The translations under genes and the position numbers were made by a program. 64,000 nt of DNA. Source: an uncultured Chthonomonadaceae bacterium. GTDB lineage: Bacteria; Armatimonadota; Chthonomonadetes; Chthonomonadales; Chthonomonadaceae. The stretch is from assembly GCA_963817895.1 (NCBI GenBank), contig CAWFQB010000005.1:320001-384000 (forward strand), given 5' to 3'. Below the pieces are notes generated by a model. It searched no databases, was not told the origin of the DNA, and saw only the letters and a list, made by a program, of their open reading frames with translations. Below are positions 20,737 through 30,997 of this stretch, in pieces. The stretch's first letter is position 1. Every line of letters starts with the position of its first letter.

Positions 20737-23478
20737 TGGAAGCCGCCGGACTGATGTAGCCGGTGTCGCCTGCCGGGTCGGTTTCCGTTCCCGGGTTGCT
20801 GGTTCCCGCGCCGAACTCGAGGTGGCCCTGCAAGTCGCTTTCCGTAAGGGTGCGGACGAGTTCGAGGCCAAGATTGGCGTCGTGGAAGATGTTGAAGTCG
20901 GGCGCGAAGCCCCGTCCGGGGTCGGTGACGACGAGGACGGCCTGGCCTTCGCTATGGCGCAATTGGATGAGGATGGCATTTTGTGGCTTTGGCTCCTGAG
21001 ATCGTTCCAGTCGGGCAGATTTAGATGAAAGACGAGATGGCGCGGCATTAGCCGGCAGCGCATTGGAAATCGGCTGACCGTGCTGCTGCGCGTTGCTGAC
21101 CAGTTCCGTGACAATCAGCGCAAGCGAAATGGCGACTTTGGCCGGGACAACCAGCGTGTCGGCGTCCAGTTCCAGCGGCAGCGCGCCCGGAATACTGCGG
21201 TAAGTGGCTTGCAGCAGGTCTACCAGCCGCTGGAGCGCGTTCCCGGCATCCACCTCGTTGAAGTCCGTATCCTGCGTCAGCAGGTCATGCACGATGGCGA
21301 TGGCTTTGATCTGATACAGGCGGGCGCGCACGGCTTCGGAGGGAACCGCGTCGCCGCAGGCGTCCAGTTCCATTTCGATGAGCGCGGACACCTTTTGCAG
21401 ATTGTTCTTGATGCGGTGGTGCGCCTCCTGAATGGCGACAAGCAACTGTTTGTTGCGCCGCTCCACCATACTTTCGTGTCGCTGCGCCTCCTCCCGCGCG
21501 TGTTCCGCCGACAGGCGCGCGGTTTGCGCTTCCTGAAGAGCGATTTGCAGCGCGCGCTTGCCGGTCCGTCACCTCTATCGCCAGCATTTCCAGGCTCTGC
21601 TGCTGCGTGGCGACTTCAGATTGCAGGGTCTGACGAGCGCGTTTCATCGCGACAAGATTGGTCACGCGGGCGCGCAATTCCTCGGGCGCGAACGGCTTCA
21701 TCAGATAGTCCTGCGCGCCGGTTCGCAGCAGGCGAACCCGCAGGTCGTCATCGGCTTTGGCGGTCAGCAGCAGAATCGGCAGATTATCCAGTTGCGGGTG
21801 CGTCCGCAGTTCCGCCACCATCTGATCGCCGCTTTTACCCGGCATCATAATGTCGCTCAATATCAGGTCGGGACGCAGTTCCAATGCGCGTTCCAGCCCC
21901 TCATTCGCCATTGTACGCCGCTTCAGTGCGATACGCGGGCGACAACGTTTGCGAAATAAATCGGCTCATTTCGCGATTGTCTTCCACGATCAGAACCAGC
22001 GGCTGCCCCGTATTCTGCGTAATGGCTTCGGCTTCTTCCCGCGCCCGCAGCTCGTCCAGCGTTTGTATCATCACATTGTCGAGCGATCCGGGTAGCGCGG
22101 AAGCCGGAACCGACGCGACCACATTCCACGCCGAGCCATGACCGGGAGGAGCGGACGGCACGCCTTCGGCAACCTCCCCGGCGGCATTATCCGTCGCTAT
22201 CGAATGTCCGTCACTTGTTCCCACATCAACGTTAGGATTTTCCGTCCGTGTTGTATTCTTGCTATCGCCAGCTTCATCGGCAGGTGGAGTTACCGTCACG
22301 CCCTCCGGCGCGAAAATGGGAATCCGCATCCGAAACAACGCGCCGCCGCCCGGAGCCTCGCGCAGGGTAACGGCTCCCCCGTGCAATTCAACAAAATCTT
22401 TGACGATGGCAAGCCCTAATCCGGTTCCCTCATGTTGGCGCGTGGCGGAAGCGTCCGCCTGCCGGAAACGGTCGAAAATGGCTTCCCGCAGCTCATCGGG
22501 AACGCCCGGCCCGTTGTCCTGCACTTCAATGGCGACATCGGTATCCTCATAAGCCATTCGGCAAACGATTTGCCCCCCGGCGGGAACGAACTTGACCGCG
22601 TTGGAGAACAGGTTCAGCAGGACGCGCTGCATTTTGTCGCCGTCCAACTGCGCCACCAGCGTCGGGGGCGCGTCCAGCGTAAAGGTCAAGCCGCGTTCGG
22701 CAATCACGGACTCAAAATGGGACGCGAGGACGTGGGCGGTTTGCGCCAAATCTACTTCCGCGTAGCGTACCTTCATTTTGCCCGCTTCCATGCGCGCGAT
22801 GTCCAGCAGGTCATTGACGTGTTTAAGGACGGTTCGGGCGTTACGGGAAACCACTTCCAGGTCGCGGCGCTGCGTGTCGGTGAGATTATCCCCGGCCAGC
22901 ACGTTGCTGATCGGCCCCAGTATCAGAGCAAGCGGGGTGCGCAGTTCGTGGCTGACGTTGGCGAAAAACTCCGACTTCAGGCGATCCACTTCCTTGACCT
23001 GCTCGTACAGCGTGTTCAGTTCGCTGTTTTTATGCGATAATTCCTCCCGCAACTCGGCGATCATGTGCGGGCCTTCCACAATCAGGGAAAACTTGTTGTG
23101 ATGGGCGAGAAATATCCAGGCGGGAATAGTCGTCAGCCAGTGCCACATCGTTTCAAAGCGGTATCCGGGCCACAGCACTGTGGTGATTCCCGCCAGGAAA
23201 TGCCCGCCCGAGCAGGTGACAAAAATGCCGAGCAGGGCGTTGCCCATGAGTGTGCGGGGAATGTGCGACGTGCGCTTCATGCGCTGCCAGATGAGCAGGG
23301 AAACCAGGGCATACGCCAGCGCGATCACCCAGTTGGCTCCCACATACGCTCCGACCCAGATATGGTCGCCCAGAAAGCAACCGCTGTGGGGCGCGTAGCC
23401 GTTGCCGGCAAGCCACTGGACAAATTGCAGCCAGAACCCGCCCGCGCTGGACGGCAATGGCATGGAATCGTGGTTCAT
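20651..23478 (-). CDS. Hybrid sensor kinase: TM sensor-HisKA-HATPase-REC-HisKA_2-HATPase; frameshifts near 21905 and 21565
   Basis: FFANVSHELRTPL, NLFSNAVKF, GTGLGLAIV. The REC domain is split across frames (LIVEDN / LSDIMMP). Then EAHHRIKNNLQ, ELVSNA, LGLELV. Confidence 0.82.
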
Positions 23479-23697
23479 AGATACCTCTAAAGAAGACAAC
23501 CTGAAGAGATTGCATCAAGGCAAACCGATACGTGGAGCGACAAAGCGGCCAGATTAAGAACGTGTAAGCTGTTGAAAACGAAACCTGCGCTGTTCGCCAA
23601 TCCTGCTATTACGCATAAACCGCGTAAATTCCTGCATAGATTTGGCATACCTTAACCTCTCGCCGAAAAAAGTAGGGGAAGAGATTAATATTGCTTT

Positions 23698-23794
23698 AAG
23701 AGCCTATCGCCATAGGCCGGGTACTGAAAGTACCCGGCAGGAAAGTGCAAGCGTCTTTCAGACGCGGAGACCACACTTATTGGGATAGGCTCTT
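23698..23794. repeat. MITE/REPIN-like element: 11-bp terminal IR enclosing two opposed TGAAA-loop hairpins
   Basis: Ends AAGAGCCTATC/GATAGGCTCTT; internal GCCGGGTAC-TGAAA-GTACCCGGC and GCGTC-TTTCA-GACGC. Confidence 0.7.
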
Positions 23795-23812
23795 CGAGCA
23801 GGGGCTGAAGAG

Positions 23813-24220
23813 TTACGGGGTTACGGTCAATTGTTGAACATAGGCGCGTAGAGCCTCTAGTTGAGCAGACGAAAGGCGGTTCTGGAAAGCCGGCATTTGT
23901 CCCCGCCCGGTCAAAACAAGATGGTTCCAATCTGACGAGGAAAGCGCGTTGGCCGCGCTCAGGCGCATGGCCGGGGTCGCGCCGCTGCGGTCATTACGCC
24001 CATCCGCGCCGTGACAACTGACGCAATAGGTTGTATATAATGCCTGACCGTCCGGCTGTTCGGCAGCCGGTTTCGATGGCGCGCAGCCTGCAATGATAAT
24101 GCAAGCAAAGCCTACTACGTAAACCGGCATACAAAATGCCGGACATGCAGGCATCCAGCCAATCGTCCTGCGGACGAGGAATAGAGTATGAGGCTTGTTC
24201 ATGTCTTGAAACCTGCTCAA
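23813..24220 (-). CDS. Small c-type cytochrome, probable lipoprotein; start uncertain
   Basis: CVSCHG heme motif, GRGQMPAF axial Met, IIAGC lipobox-like. Confidence 0.8.
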   Translation of the reverse strand: MSRFQDMNKPHTLFLVRRTIGWMPACPAFCMPVYVVGFACIIIAGCAPSKPAAEQPDGQALYTTYCVSCHGADGRNDRSGATPAMRLSAANALSSSDWNHLVLTGRGQMPAFQNRLSSAQLEALRAYVQQLTVTP

Positions 24221-24418
24221 TTGGTTGCGGTAGCAGACGGTTTACTCCGACTCAATGCACTGAGGCATATATACGCTGAGAGTTTTTCGTCCGCAGGGCA
24301 ATTGGCCGCAGGCCTGCGTATCCGGCAAAAAGATTTAGATGGTACAGGCTGGTTGGCGCAGCAACAAAATGAATCCCCGGTCGCAGACCGGTTGGCGGAA
24401 CGCCCATAGCCGGGGCGT

Positions 24419-26356
24419 TCACACCTCTGAGGCGCAACGAAACCCGACCTCAGCACTCCTGTATACATGCTCGTGCTTGAAACGGTATGCGGCGCGGAAG
24501 TTTAAAGTATCAGTGTAGGGAAGGCGCCACGAGCCGCCCCGCACGACGCGGGACCTGGCCCGCTCTGGCCTCTGTGGGTTCTTATTCGGCAGGTTTTTGT
24601 AGTAATCAGCGACGTGCCAGTCCGCGCACCACTGCCAGACATTTCCGGCCATGTCCAATAAGCCATAGGGACTTGCTCCGCCTGGGAAACTACCTACCGG
24701 AGCCGTGCGGCCTGCATCGCCGTAACTCTTGTTAGAACACTGTAAGCGGCTATTGTCCCATTCATTGCCCCAGGGATATTTACGACCATCCACGCCCCTC
24801 GCCGCTTTTTCCCACTGCGCTTCTGTCGGCAAATACCCGCCCGCCCACTTACAGTAAGCGCTCGCGTCCTCCCAATCCACATTCACCATCGGATGGTCGT
24901 CCTTCCAGTCCAACTCAACTCGCTTACTCCCCAAATACCCACTGAGCTTGTCCGGCATTTTACGATGTGTGCTGTTACAGAACTCGCGGTACTGTGCCAC
25001 TGTCACCAGATTTTTGTAGATGTAGTAGGCATCCAGATTTACGGTATGGCGTGGATTATATTTCAGGCCGTCGTCACCCATCAGGAACTCGCCTGCGGGA
25101 ATCAAAATCATCTCCGCGCCGTCTTTGGGATTGAGCTTTGTCGCCGGGTTTAGTTTCGACGGCTCCGGCACACTTTGCACAGGTACGCTATCCCCGGCAG
25201 GGGCGTTTTTCGGCGTTATCGAACTGAAATGGCCTGCCACGCTCACATTGAGTTTGCGGCGTGGCTTGACCCATTGCTTCGGGAAAGACGGAGGAACGAC
25301 AGCAGGCATAGACATAGGAGGCAAAGGCGGCACATCGGTAACTTCATACTCTTCTGGCTCAACCGATTTCGGAGTATCTGTAGAGATTATCCCTGCCGCT
25401 ATCGGCTCCGGCGCATGGTCGCCACCCCGTATTCCCTTTACCGTATCCAACGCGTTGTCCAACGCCCGCCGGTAGGCCGTTGTCGGAACCTGATACGGCA
25501 GCAGCCCTTGTACCTGGTGGAGAAAGTACCAGCGGGCGGGCAAGGGTGTCGGCTCCAGATACACCACTACAAAGTGACAGGCGTTGCTCTGTCCGCTTTT
25601 CTTCCACCGCTCGAACCCTATGTACACTTCCGCGAACACCTCAACGGAAGCAGCGGCGCGAGGCGTGAGAAACAACAAAAACACGGCGCACTTTTCCAGC
25701 GCGTCCCCGATGGAACCGCGCCAGTTGCTTCCGATGGGAATGCCCTGATCGTACCAGATACGATAGCCCGCCTGATGCAGTCGCCGGATTTGCGGGAACA
25801 CAAGGGCGCTGTCCTTATGCGAGTAACTGACGAAAATGAACGGCTTCTCGCCAAGATAGGCGTCAAACGGCGTCTGCGCCTGCGTTGCTTCCGGCAGCAC
25901 GCGGCGCAGTCCCTCATGGTACAGGGCTTCGCTCAATGCATGGCGGTGAAGCGATGTCTGATCGTGTAACAGCCGTTTCAAGACCGGTTTGGGTTCCGTC
26001 GGCTCCAGATACACCGCTGCAATCGGCCTGGCCTCGTCAACGGCAAGTTGGATTTCATGGCGTGCGTTTCCAAATCCGGCCAGACGGGGAGAGACAAATA
26101 CCAGGAACAGCGAACAGTTCAGGATCGCCGTTTCTACCGCAGCCGTTCGCGCGTCCCCGGTTGCCGTGCCGTCGTCGTACCACACGCGATACCCTGCCTG
26201 ATGCAGACGCAACAGTTCCGGGTATACAAGGGCGCGGTCTTCCGGCGCGTGGCTGACAATAATGTAGGGTTCGTTGCCCACATAGGCTGTGAAAGGCGGA
26301 GACGGCTCATCCATTGGTGGCGTATCGTTCATAACAACTGTACTCACTTCAATCAT
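24419..26356 (-). CDS. TIR-TIR-FGE-sulfatase (CLec fold) protein
   Basis: Two copies of F.AY.G..P(Y/F)I.VS...D...V.P...RLHQAGYR.WYD; C-terminal LPTEAQWEKAARG, YGLLDMAGNVWQW, RVVRGGSW, GFRCA. Confidence 0.88.
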   Translation of the reverse strand: MIEVSTVVMNDTPPMDEPSPPFTAYVGNEPYIIVSHAPEDRALVYPELLRLHQAGYRVWYDDGTATGDARTAAVETAILNCSLFLVFVSPRLAGFGNARHEIQLAVDEARPIAAVYLEPTEPKPVLKRLLHDQTSLHRHALSEALYHEGLRRVLPEATQAQTPFDAYLGEKPFIFVSYSHKDSALVFPQIRRLHQAGYRIWYDQGIPIGSNWRGSIGDALEKCAVFLLFLTPRAAASVEVFAEVYIGFERWKKSGQSNACHFVVVYLEPTPLPARWYFLHQVQGLLPYQVPTTAYRRALDNALDTVKGIRGGDHAPEPIAAGIISTDTPKSVEPEEYEVTDVPPLPPMSMPAVVPPSFPKQWVKPRRKLNVSVAGHFSSITPKNAPAGDSVPVQSVPEPSKLNPATKLNPKDGAEMILIPAGEFLMGDDGLKYNPRHTVNLDAYYIYKNLVTVAQYREFCNSTHRKMPDKLSGYLGSKRVELDWKDDHPMVNVDWEDASAYCKWAGGYLPTEAQWEKAARGVDGRKYPWGNEWDNSRLQCSNKSYGDAGRTAPVGSFPGGASPYGLLDMAGNVWQWCADWHVADYYKNLPNKNPQRPERARSRVVRGGSWRLPYTDTLNFRAAYRFKHEHVYRSAEVGFRCASEV

Positions 26357-26497
26357 TAGAAATCTTGCGCGCTATTATTCTATTCGCCGCGAAAAACGGG
26401 AATCCCTGCCTTTTTTGAGAAGTTGGAGAAGTTTTGGCTGTGGACAGAAACCGGTAAAATCAGATACAATAACAGAACGCGGACAGGCAAACAAATT

Positions 26498-26528
26498 ATT
26501 CGCGTTCATTCGCGTGTATTCGCGGCTA
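26498..26528. repeat. Decamer-array arm ATTCGCGTTC-type
   Basis: ATTCGCGTTCATTCGCGTGTATTCGCGGCTA; related copies at 28438 (inverted) and 49868. Confidence 0.75.
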
Positions 26529-26610
26529 TTTTCAAGTCTTTTGGCTTGACAGCGCAACCTCTCCGGCGGTTGCGCTGTCCTATCTATACTATTTTCAACA
26601 GGAGGTTGCA

Positions 26611-28440
26611 ATGGCAGGCAACTGGCAGCGTACCATCAACTGTGGCGCGCTCACGGCGGCAAATGACGGCACTACAGTGACGCTCAACGGATGGGTTCAC
26701 CGGCAGCGCGATTTCGGCGATCTGGTTTTCATTGACCTGCGGGATCGAACCGGACTGGTGCAGGTCGTGATTGATAAAAACGACGTTCCCGAACTGGTCG
26801 CCCTTGCCGGCAGCCTGCGCAGCGAAACCGTGCTGAGTGTGCGCGGCGTGGTTCGAAAACGCGCGCCGGGACGCGAAAACCCCAAACTGGCAACGGGCGA
26901 AATCGAAGTGGCGGCGCAGTCCATTGACGTGCTGAACGCTTCCAAAACCCTGCCGTTTCCGGTCAGCGACGAAGAGCAGATGGTCAACGTAGACGAAACT
27001 CTGCGCCTGAAGCATCGCTATATTGACCTGCGCCGTCCCAAAATGTACCAGATGCTCGAATTGCGGCACAAAGCCATTAAAATCATTCGGGACGTGATGG
27101 ACGCGCAGGGCTTTCTCGAAATCGAAACGCCCATTTTCACCAAAAGCACGCCCGAGGGCGCGCGGGATTATCTGGTTCCGTACCGCCTTCAGCCGGGGCA
27201 GTTTTATGCCCTGCCCCAATCGCCGCAGCAGTACAAGCAGCTGCTGATGGTGGCCGGCTGCGAACGGTATTTCCAGATCGCGCGCTGTTTCCGCGACGAG
27301 GCGCAGCGGGCGGACAGGCAGCCGGAGTTTACCCAACTCGACGTGGAAATGTCGTTCGTGACGCAGGAAGACGTGTTGCAGATCATCGAGCAGGTAACAA
27401 CGGAAGTGGTCAGCCGGGTCAGTACAAAAACGATGGTCACGCCGTTTCCGCGCCTGACGTATGACGAGGCGTTTCGCTTATACGGCAACGACAAGCCGGA
27501 TATGCGCTTCGGCCTGACGCTGGTGGATCTGGGCGACATTGTGGCGGCATCGGGTTTTAGCGTGTTTCAATCGGCATTGGAGGGTGGCGGGCAAATCAAG
27601 GCCGTTCGCTATCCCGGCGGCGCAAGCCTGTCGCGCAAGGAAGTGGACACGCTAGGCGAATTCTGCAAGGAGTTCGGCGCTAAGGGACTGGCGACGATTG
27701 CCGTAACCGACCGGAACGCGACTCCGCTTTCATCCGGCGTGAAATCCGCGATTGCCAAGTTTCTGACCGAGGAGCAGTTGGAGCAGGTACTCGCGGCGTG
27801 TGAGGCGGAGACGGGCGACCTGATCGGCATCATCGCCGACCCGAAAAAGTCGGTTGTCGCCAATGTCCTGTCGCGGCTGCGGCTTGAAATCGGGCGGCGT
27901 TTGGGGTTGCGCGACCCGAACAAGCTGACGTTCTGCCTGGTCACAGACTTTCCGCTCGTGCAGTGGAACGAGGACGAGCAGCGTTGGGACGCGGAACACC
28001 ACCCGTTCACCATGCCCTACGAGGAGCATCTGCAATACTTCGACACCGATCCGGGCAAAATCCGGGCGCAGTGTTACGACCTTGTGTGCAACGGGCAGGA
28101 ATCGGCGTCGGGCAGTATTCGTATCCATCGCCCCGACATACAGGCGCGGGTTTTCGACCTGTTGGGCATCAGCAAGGAAAAGCAGCAGGAGCGGTTCGCG
28201 CACATTCTGGAAGCGTTTTCTTTCGGAGCGCCGCCGCACGGAGGGTTCGCGTCGGGCATTGACCGCCTGATTATGAACCTGCTGGATGAGCCGAACATCC
28301 GCGAAGTAATGGCGTTCCCGAAAATGGGAGCGGGCTTTGACCCGCTGATGGACGCGCCCTCCGACGTGGACGAAGCGCAGTTGCAGGAACTCGGCCTGCG
28401 CATCGTGCCGCATAAAAAAGAGAGTCAGGAAAAAGGTTAG
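26611..28440 (+). CDS. aspS: Aspartate--tRNA ligase
   Basis: FIDLRD, STPEGARDYLVP, LPQSPQ, QIARCFRDE..RADRQPEFTQLD, GAPPHGG; AGGAGG RBS. Confidence 0.98.
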   Translation: MAGNWQRTINCGALTAANDGTTVTLNGWVHRQRDFGDLVFIDLRDRTGLVQVVIDKNDVPELVALAGSLRSETVLSVRGVVRKRAPGRENPKLATGEIEVAAQSIDVLNASKTLPFPVSDEEQMVNVDETLRLKHRYIDLRRPKMYQMLELRHKAIKIIRDVMDAQGFLEIETPIFTKSTPEGARDYLVPYRLQPGQFYALPQSPQQYKQLLMVAGCERYFQIARCFRDEAQRADRQPEFTQLDVEMSFVTQEDVLQIIEQVTTEVVSRVSTKTMVTPFPRLTYDEAFRLYGNDKPDMRFGLTLVDLGDIVAASGFSVFQSALEGGGQIKAVRYPGGASLSRKEVDTLGEFCKEFGAKGLATIAVTDRNATPLSSGVKSAIAKFLTEEQLEQVLAACEAETGDLIGIIADPKKSVVANVLSRLRLEIGRRLGLRDPNKLTFCLVTDFPLVQWNEDEQRWDAEHHPFTMPYEEHLQYFDTDPGKIRAQCYDLVCNGQESASGSIRIHRPDIQARVFDLLGISKEKQQERFAHILEAFSFGAPPHGGFASGIDRLIMNLLDEPNIREVMAFPKMGAGFDPLMDAPSDVDEAQLQELGLRIVPHKKESQEKG

Positions 28441-28469
28441 CCGCGAAACCGCGCGAATGAACGCGAATA
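28438..28469. repeat. Decamer-array arm, inverted relative to 26498-26528
   Basis: TAGCCGCGAAACCGCGCGAATGAACGCGAATA, starting at the aspS stop codon. Confidence 0.75.
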
Positions 28470-28850
28470 GCAGAAAACAAGAACCCGCAACAGAAAACTG
28501 CCTTCTGTCTGCGGTTTCTTGCTACTTGCACAACTGAGGGATGCAAAATCCGATACAATTCAAGTGTCACTGCCTGAATCCTGCTAGGCTAAGAAAGCAG
28601 GCAATTTGATTGCTGCGGCGCGGTTTTCCTTCGTTCCTTTTCCTGCCCTCCCGTAAATTTCACATAATTTTCAAATTAGAGCCGATTCTAACGACATTGG
28701 CACGAATCTTGCAAGTAACTCTTCAGGCGTATTCTGAATGTATTGTGTTTCTCCATGTCAAGAGAATAGACTGGCCTCTTCGGAATGTTTTTCCTACAGA
28801 GATTTCAGGTTTATGTCGCGAAAACGCGCGTTTGCAGGGTATAACTTTTT

Positions 28851-29915
28851 ATGTCAAATTTATTGATTACGGGTGGATGCGGCTTTATCGGCTCCAATCT
28901 GGCAGTTGCGCTGGCGGAACAGGGACATGCCGTTACCTGCTTTGACAACCTTTCGCGGCGCGGCTCGGAAGTTCTGCTGGCGCGAATTCTGGAGCATGGC
29001 TGCCGGTTCGCGCACGGCGACATTCGCAGCCCGGAAGATTTGGGACGGATAGCAGGCGACTTCGACATCATGATCGAGTGCAGCGCGGAACCGTCCGTTC
29101 TTGTCGGAACGCGGGGCGCGGACGCCACGTACATGCTCAACAACAATCTCGTCGGCTCGCTCCACTGCTTCGAGTTCGCCCGACAGCGCGGCATGGGCAT
29201 ACTGTTTTTATCCACATCCCGCGTGTATCCCTATCCCGCGCTCAACAAACTGCATTTCAACGAGGGTGAAACTCGCTTTGAATATGCTGATAATCAACCC
29301 GGCGTCAGCGCGAGCGGCGTTGGATTGAATTTTCCGCTGGATGGGGCGCGTTCTCTGTACGGCGCGACCAAACTGGCATCCGAAATCATCCTTCAGGAGT
29401 ACAGCCGCCAGTACGACTTGCCCTGCATCATCAACCGGTGCGGCGTGGTTGCCGGTCCCTGGCAATTGGGCAAAGTGGATCAAGGCGTGTTCACGTACTG
29501 GCTGGCGCAGCACGTTTTCGGCAAAAACCTGAAATACATCGGCTTTGGCGGCAGGGGCAAACAGGTGCGCGACCTGCTGCATGTTGCCGACCTGACCGCC
29601 CTGATCGCAAAGCAGATTGCGGTCATCGGCAATTACCGGGGGCAGGTGTTCCATGCGGGTGGGGGCGCGAACGGTAGCCTGTCGCTGCTGGAAACCACGC
29701 GCCTGTGCCAGCAAATTACAGGCAAAACCGTTGAGGTTACGCCCGACGCCGTAGACCGTCCCGCCGACGTGATCTGGTACGTCACCGACAATGGCGCGAC
29801 GGAATCCACGTTCGACTGGAAGCCGACGCGCGATCCTGAAACGATTTTGACGGATATTTTTCACTGGCTGGACGCGCATCAGGCGCAATTCCAGAAGTTT
29901 ATGGGAGGCAAATAG
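28851..29915 (+). CDS. NAD-dependent nucleotide-sugar epimerase/dehydratase (CDP-paratose 2-epimerase-like)
   Basis: [25 protein letters not shown]. Confidence 0.88.
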   Translation: MSNLLITGGCGFIGSNLAVALAEQGHAVTCFDNLSRRGSEVLLARILEHGCRFAHGDIRSPEDLGRIAGDFDIMIECSAEPSVLVGTRGADATYMLNNNLVGSLHCFEFARQRGMGILFLSTSRVYPYPALNKLHFNEGETRFEYADNQPGVSASGVGLNFPLDGARSLYGATKLASEIILQEYSRQYDLPCIINRCGVVAGPWQLGKVDQGVFTYWLAQHVFGKNLKYIGFGGRGKQVRDLLHVADLTALIAKQIAVIGNYRGQVFHAGGGANGSLSLLETTRLCQQITGKTVEVTPDAVDRPADVIWYVTDNGATESTFDWKPTRDPETILTDIFHWLDAHQAQFQKFMGGK

Positions 29916-30988
29916 TGGCAGTAGCGATAGTGACCGGTTCCGCCGGCTTGATTGGCAGTGAAGCGGTGCGATATTTTAGCGCGAAAGGGCTGGATGTCGT
30001 GGGCATTGACAACGACATGCGCAGCTACTTCTTTGGTAAGGAAGCGTCCACGCAGTGGCAGCTAAGTCAGTTGACCGCTTCCCTGCCCAATTTTACCAAT
30101 GAAACCGCCGACATTCGTGATTTTGAGGCGATTTCTAAAATTTTCCAGAAGTACGGCACTGATGTAAAGCTGATTGTGCATACCGCCGCGCAGCCTTCGC
30201 ACGATTGGGCCGCCCGCGAACCGTTTACCGATTTTACCGTGAACGCCAACGGCACACTGAACCTGCTGGAAGCCACGCGCCAGTTCTGCCCCGAAGCCGT
30301 GTTCATTTTCACGTCCACTAACAAAGTGTACGGCGACACGCCCAACCGCCTGCCCCTTTTAGAACTCGATACGCGCTGGGAAATTGACACGGCACATCCC
30401 TATTACGCCGAAGGCATTGACGAACACATGTCCATTGACAACAGCAAGCACTCGCTATTCGGCGCGTCGAAAGTGGCCGCCGATGTGATGACGCAGGAGT
30501 ACGGGCGCTATTTCGGCATGAACACGGGCGTGTTTCGGGGCGGCTGTCTGACAGGGCCGGGACATTCGGGCGCGGAACTGCACGGCTTTCTCGCCTATTT
30601 GATGAAATGCGCCGCCACCGGCAAGGAGTACCGCATCTTCGGCTACAAGGGCAAGCAGGTGCGCGACAACATCCACAGCCACGATCTTGTCAGCCTGTTC
30701 GACCACTTCTATCAGAACCCGCGCCAGGGCGAAGTGTACAATGTCGGCGGCGGGCGGTTCAGCAACTGTTCCATGCTGGAAGCCATTCAGATGTGCGAAG
30801 AGATTACGGGCAATAAAATGCACACGCAGTACGTGGACGACAACCGCATCGGCGACCACATCTGGTACATCAGCGACATGACGAAATTCAAAACGCACTA
30901 CCCGGCCTGGACGCACACTAAAAACGTGTCCGACATTCTGAACGAGATTTATACGTATAACAGGGATCGCTGGTCAGAAGCCGCGTGA
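29915..30988 (+). CDS. NAD-dependent epimerase/dehydratase (RfbE-like)
   Basis: [40 protein letters not shown]. Confidence 0.88.
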   Translation: MAVAIVTGSAGLIGSEAVRYFSAKGLDVVGIDNDMRSYFFGKEASTQWQLSQLTASLPNFTNETADIRDFEAISKIFQKYGTDVKLIVHTAAQPSHDWAAREPFTDFTVNANGTLNLLEATRQFCPEAVFIFTSTNKVYGDTPNRLPLLELDTRWEIDTAHPYYAEGIDEHMSIDNSKHSLFGASKVAADVMTQEYGRYFGMNTGVFRGGCLTGPGHSGAELHGFLAYLMKCAATGKEYRIFGYKGKQVRDNIHSHDLVSLFDHFYQNPRQGEVYNVGGGRFSNCSMLEAIQMCEEITGNKMHTQYVDDNRIGDHIWYISDMTKFKTHYPAWTHTKNVSDILNEIYTYNRDRWSEAA

Positions 30989-30997
30989 GGGTCAGGT

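Noticed and set aside
23515..23560. GGCAAACC...CAAAGC resembling a c-di-GMP-I riboswitch
   Set aside because: Lacks the GNRA-capped stem and is on the wrong strand for the downstream kinase gene.
24350..24415. Possible DGR template repeat (reads RSANR..FCCCA) next to the FGE gene
   Set aside because: Similarity to the gene's 3' end is weak and gapped, not an adenine-only mismatch pattern.
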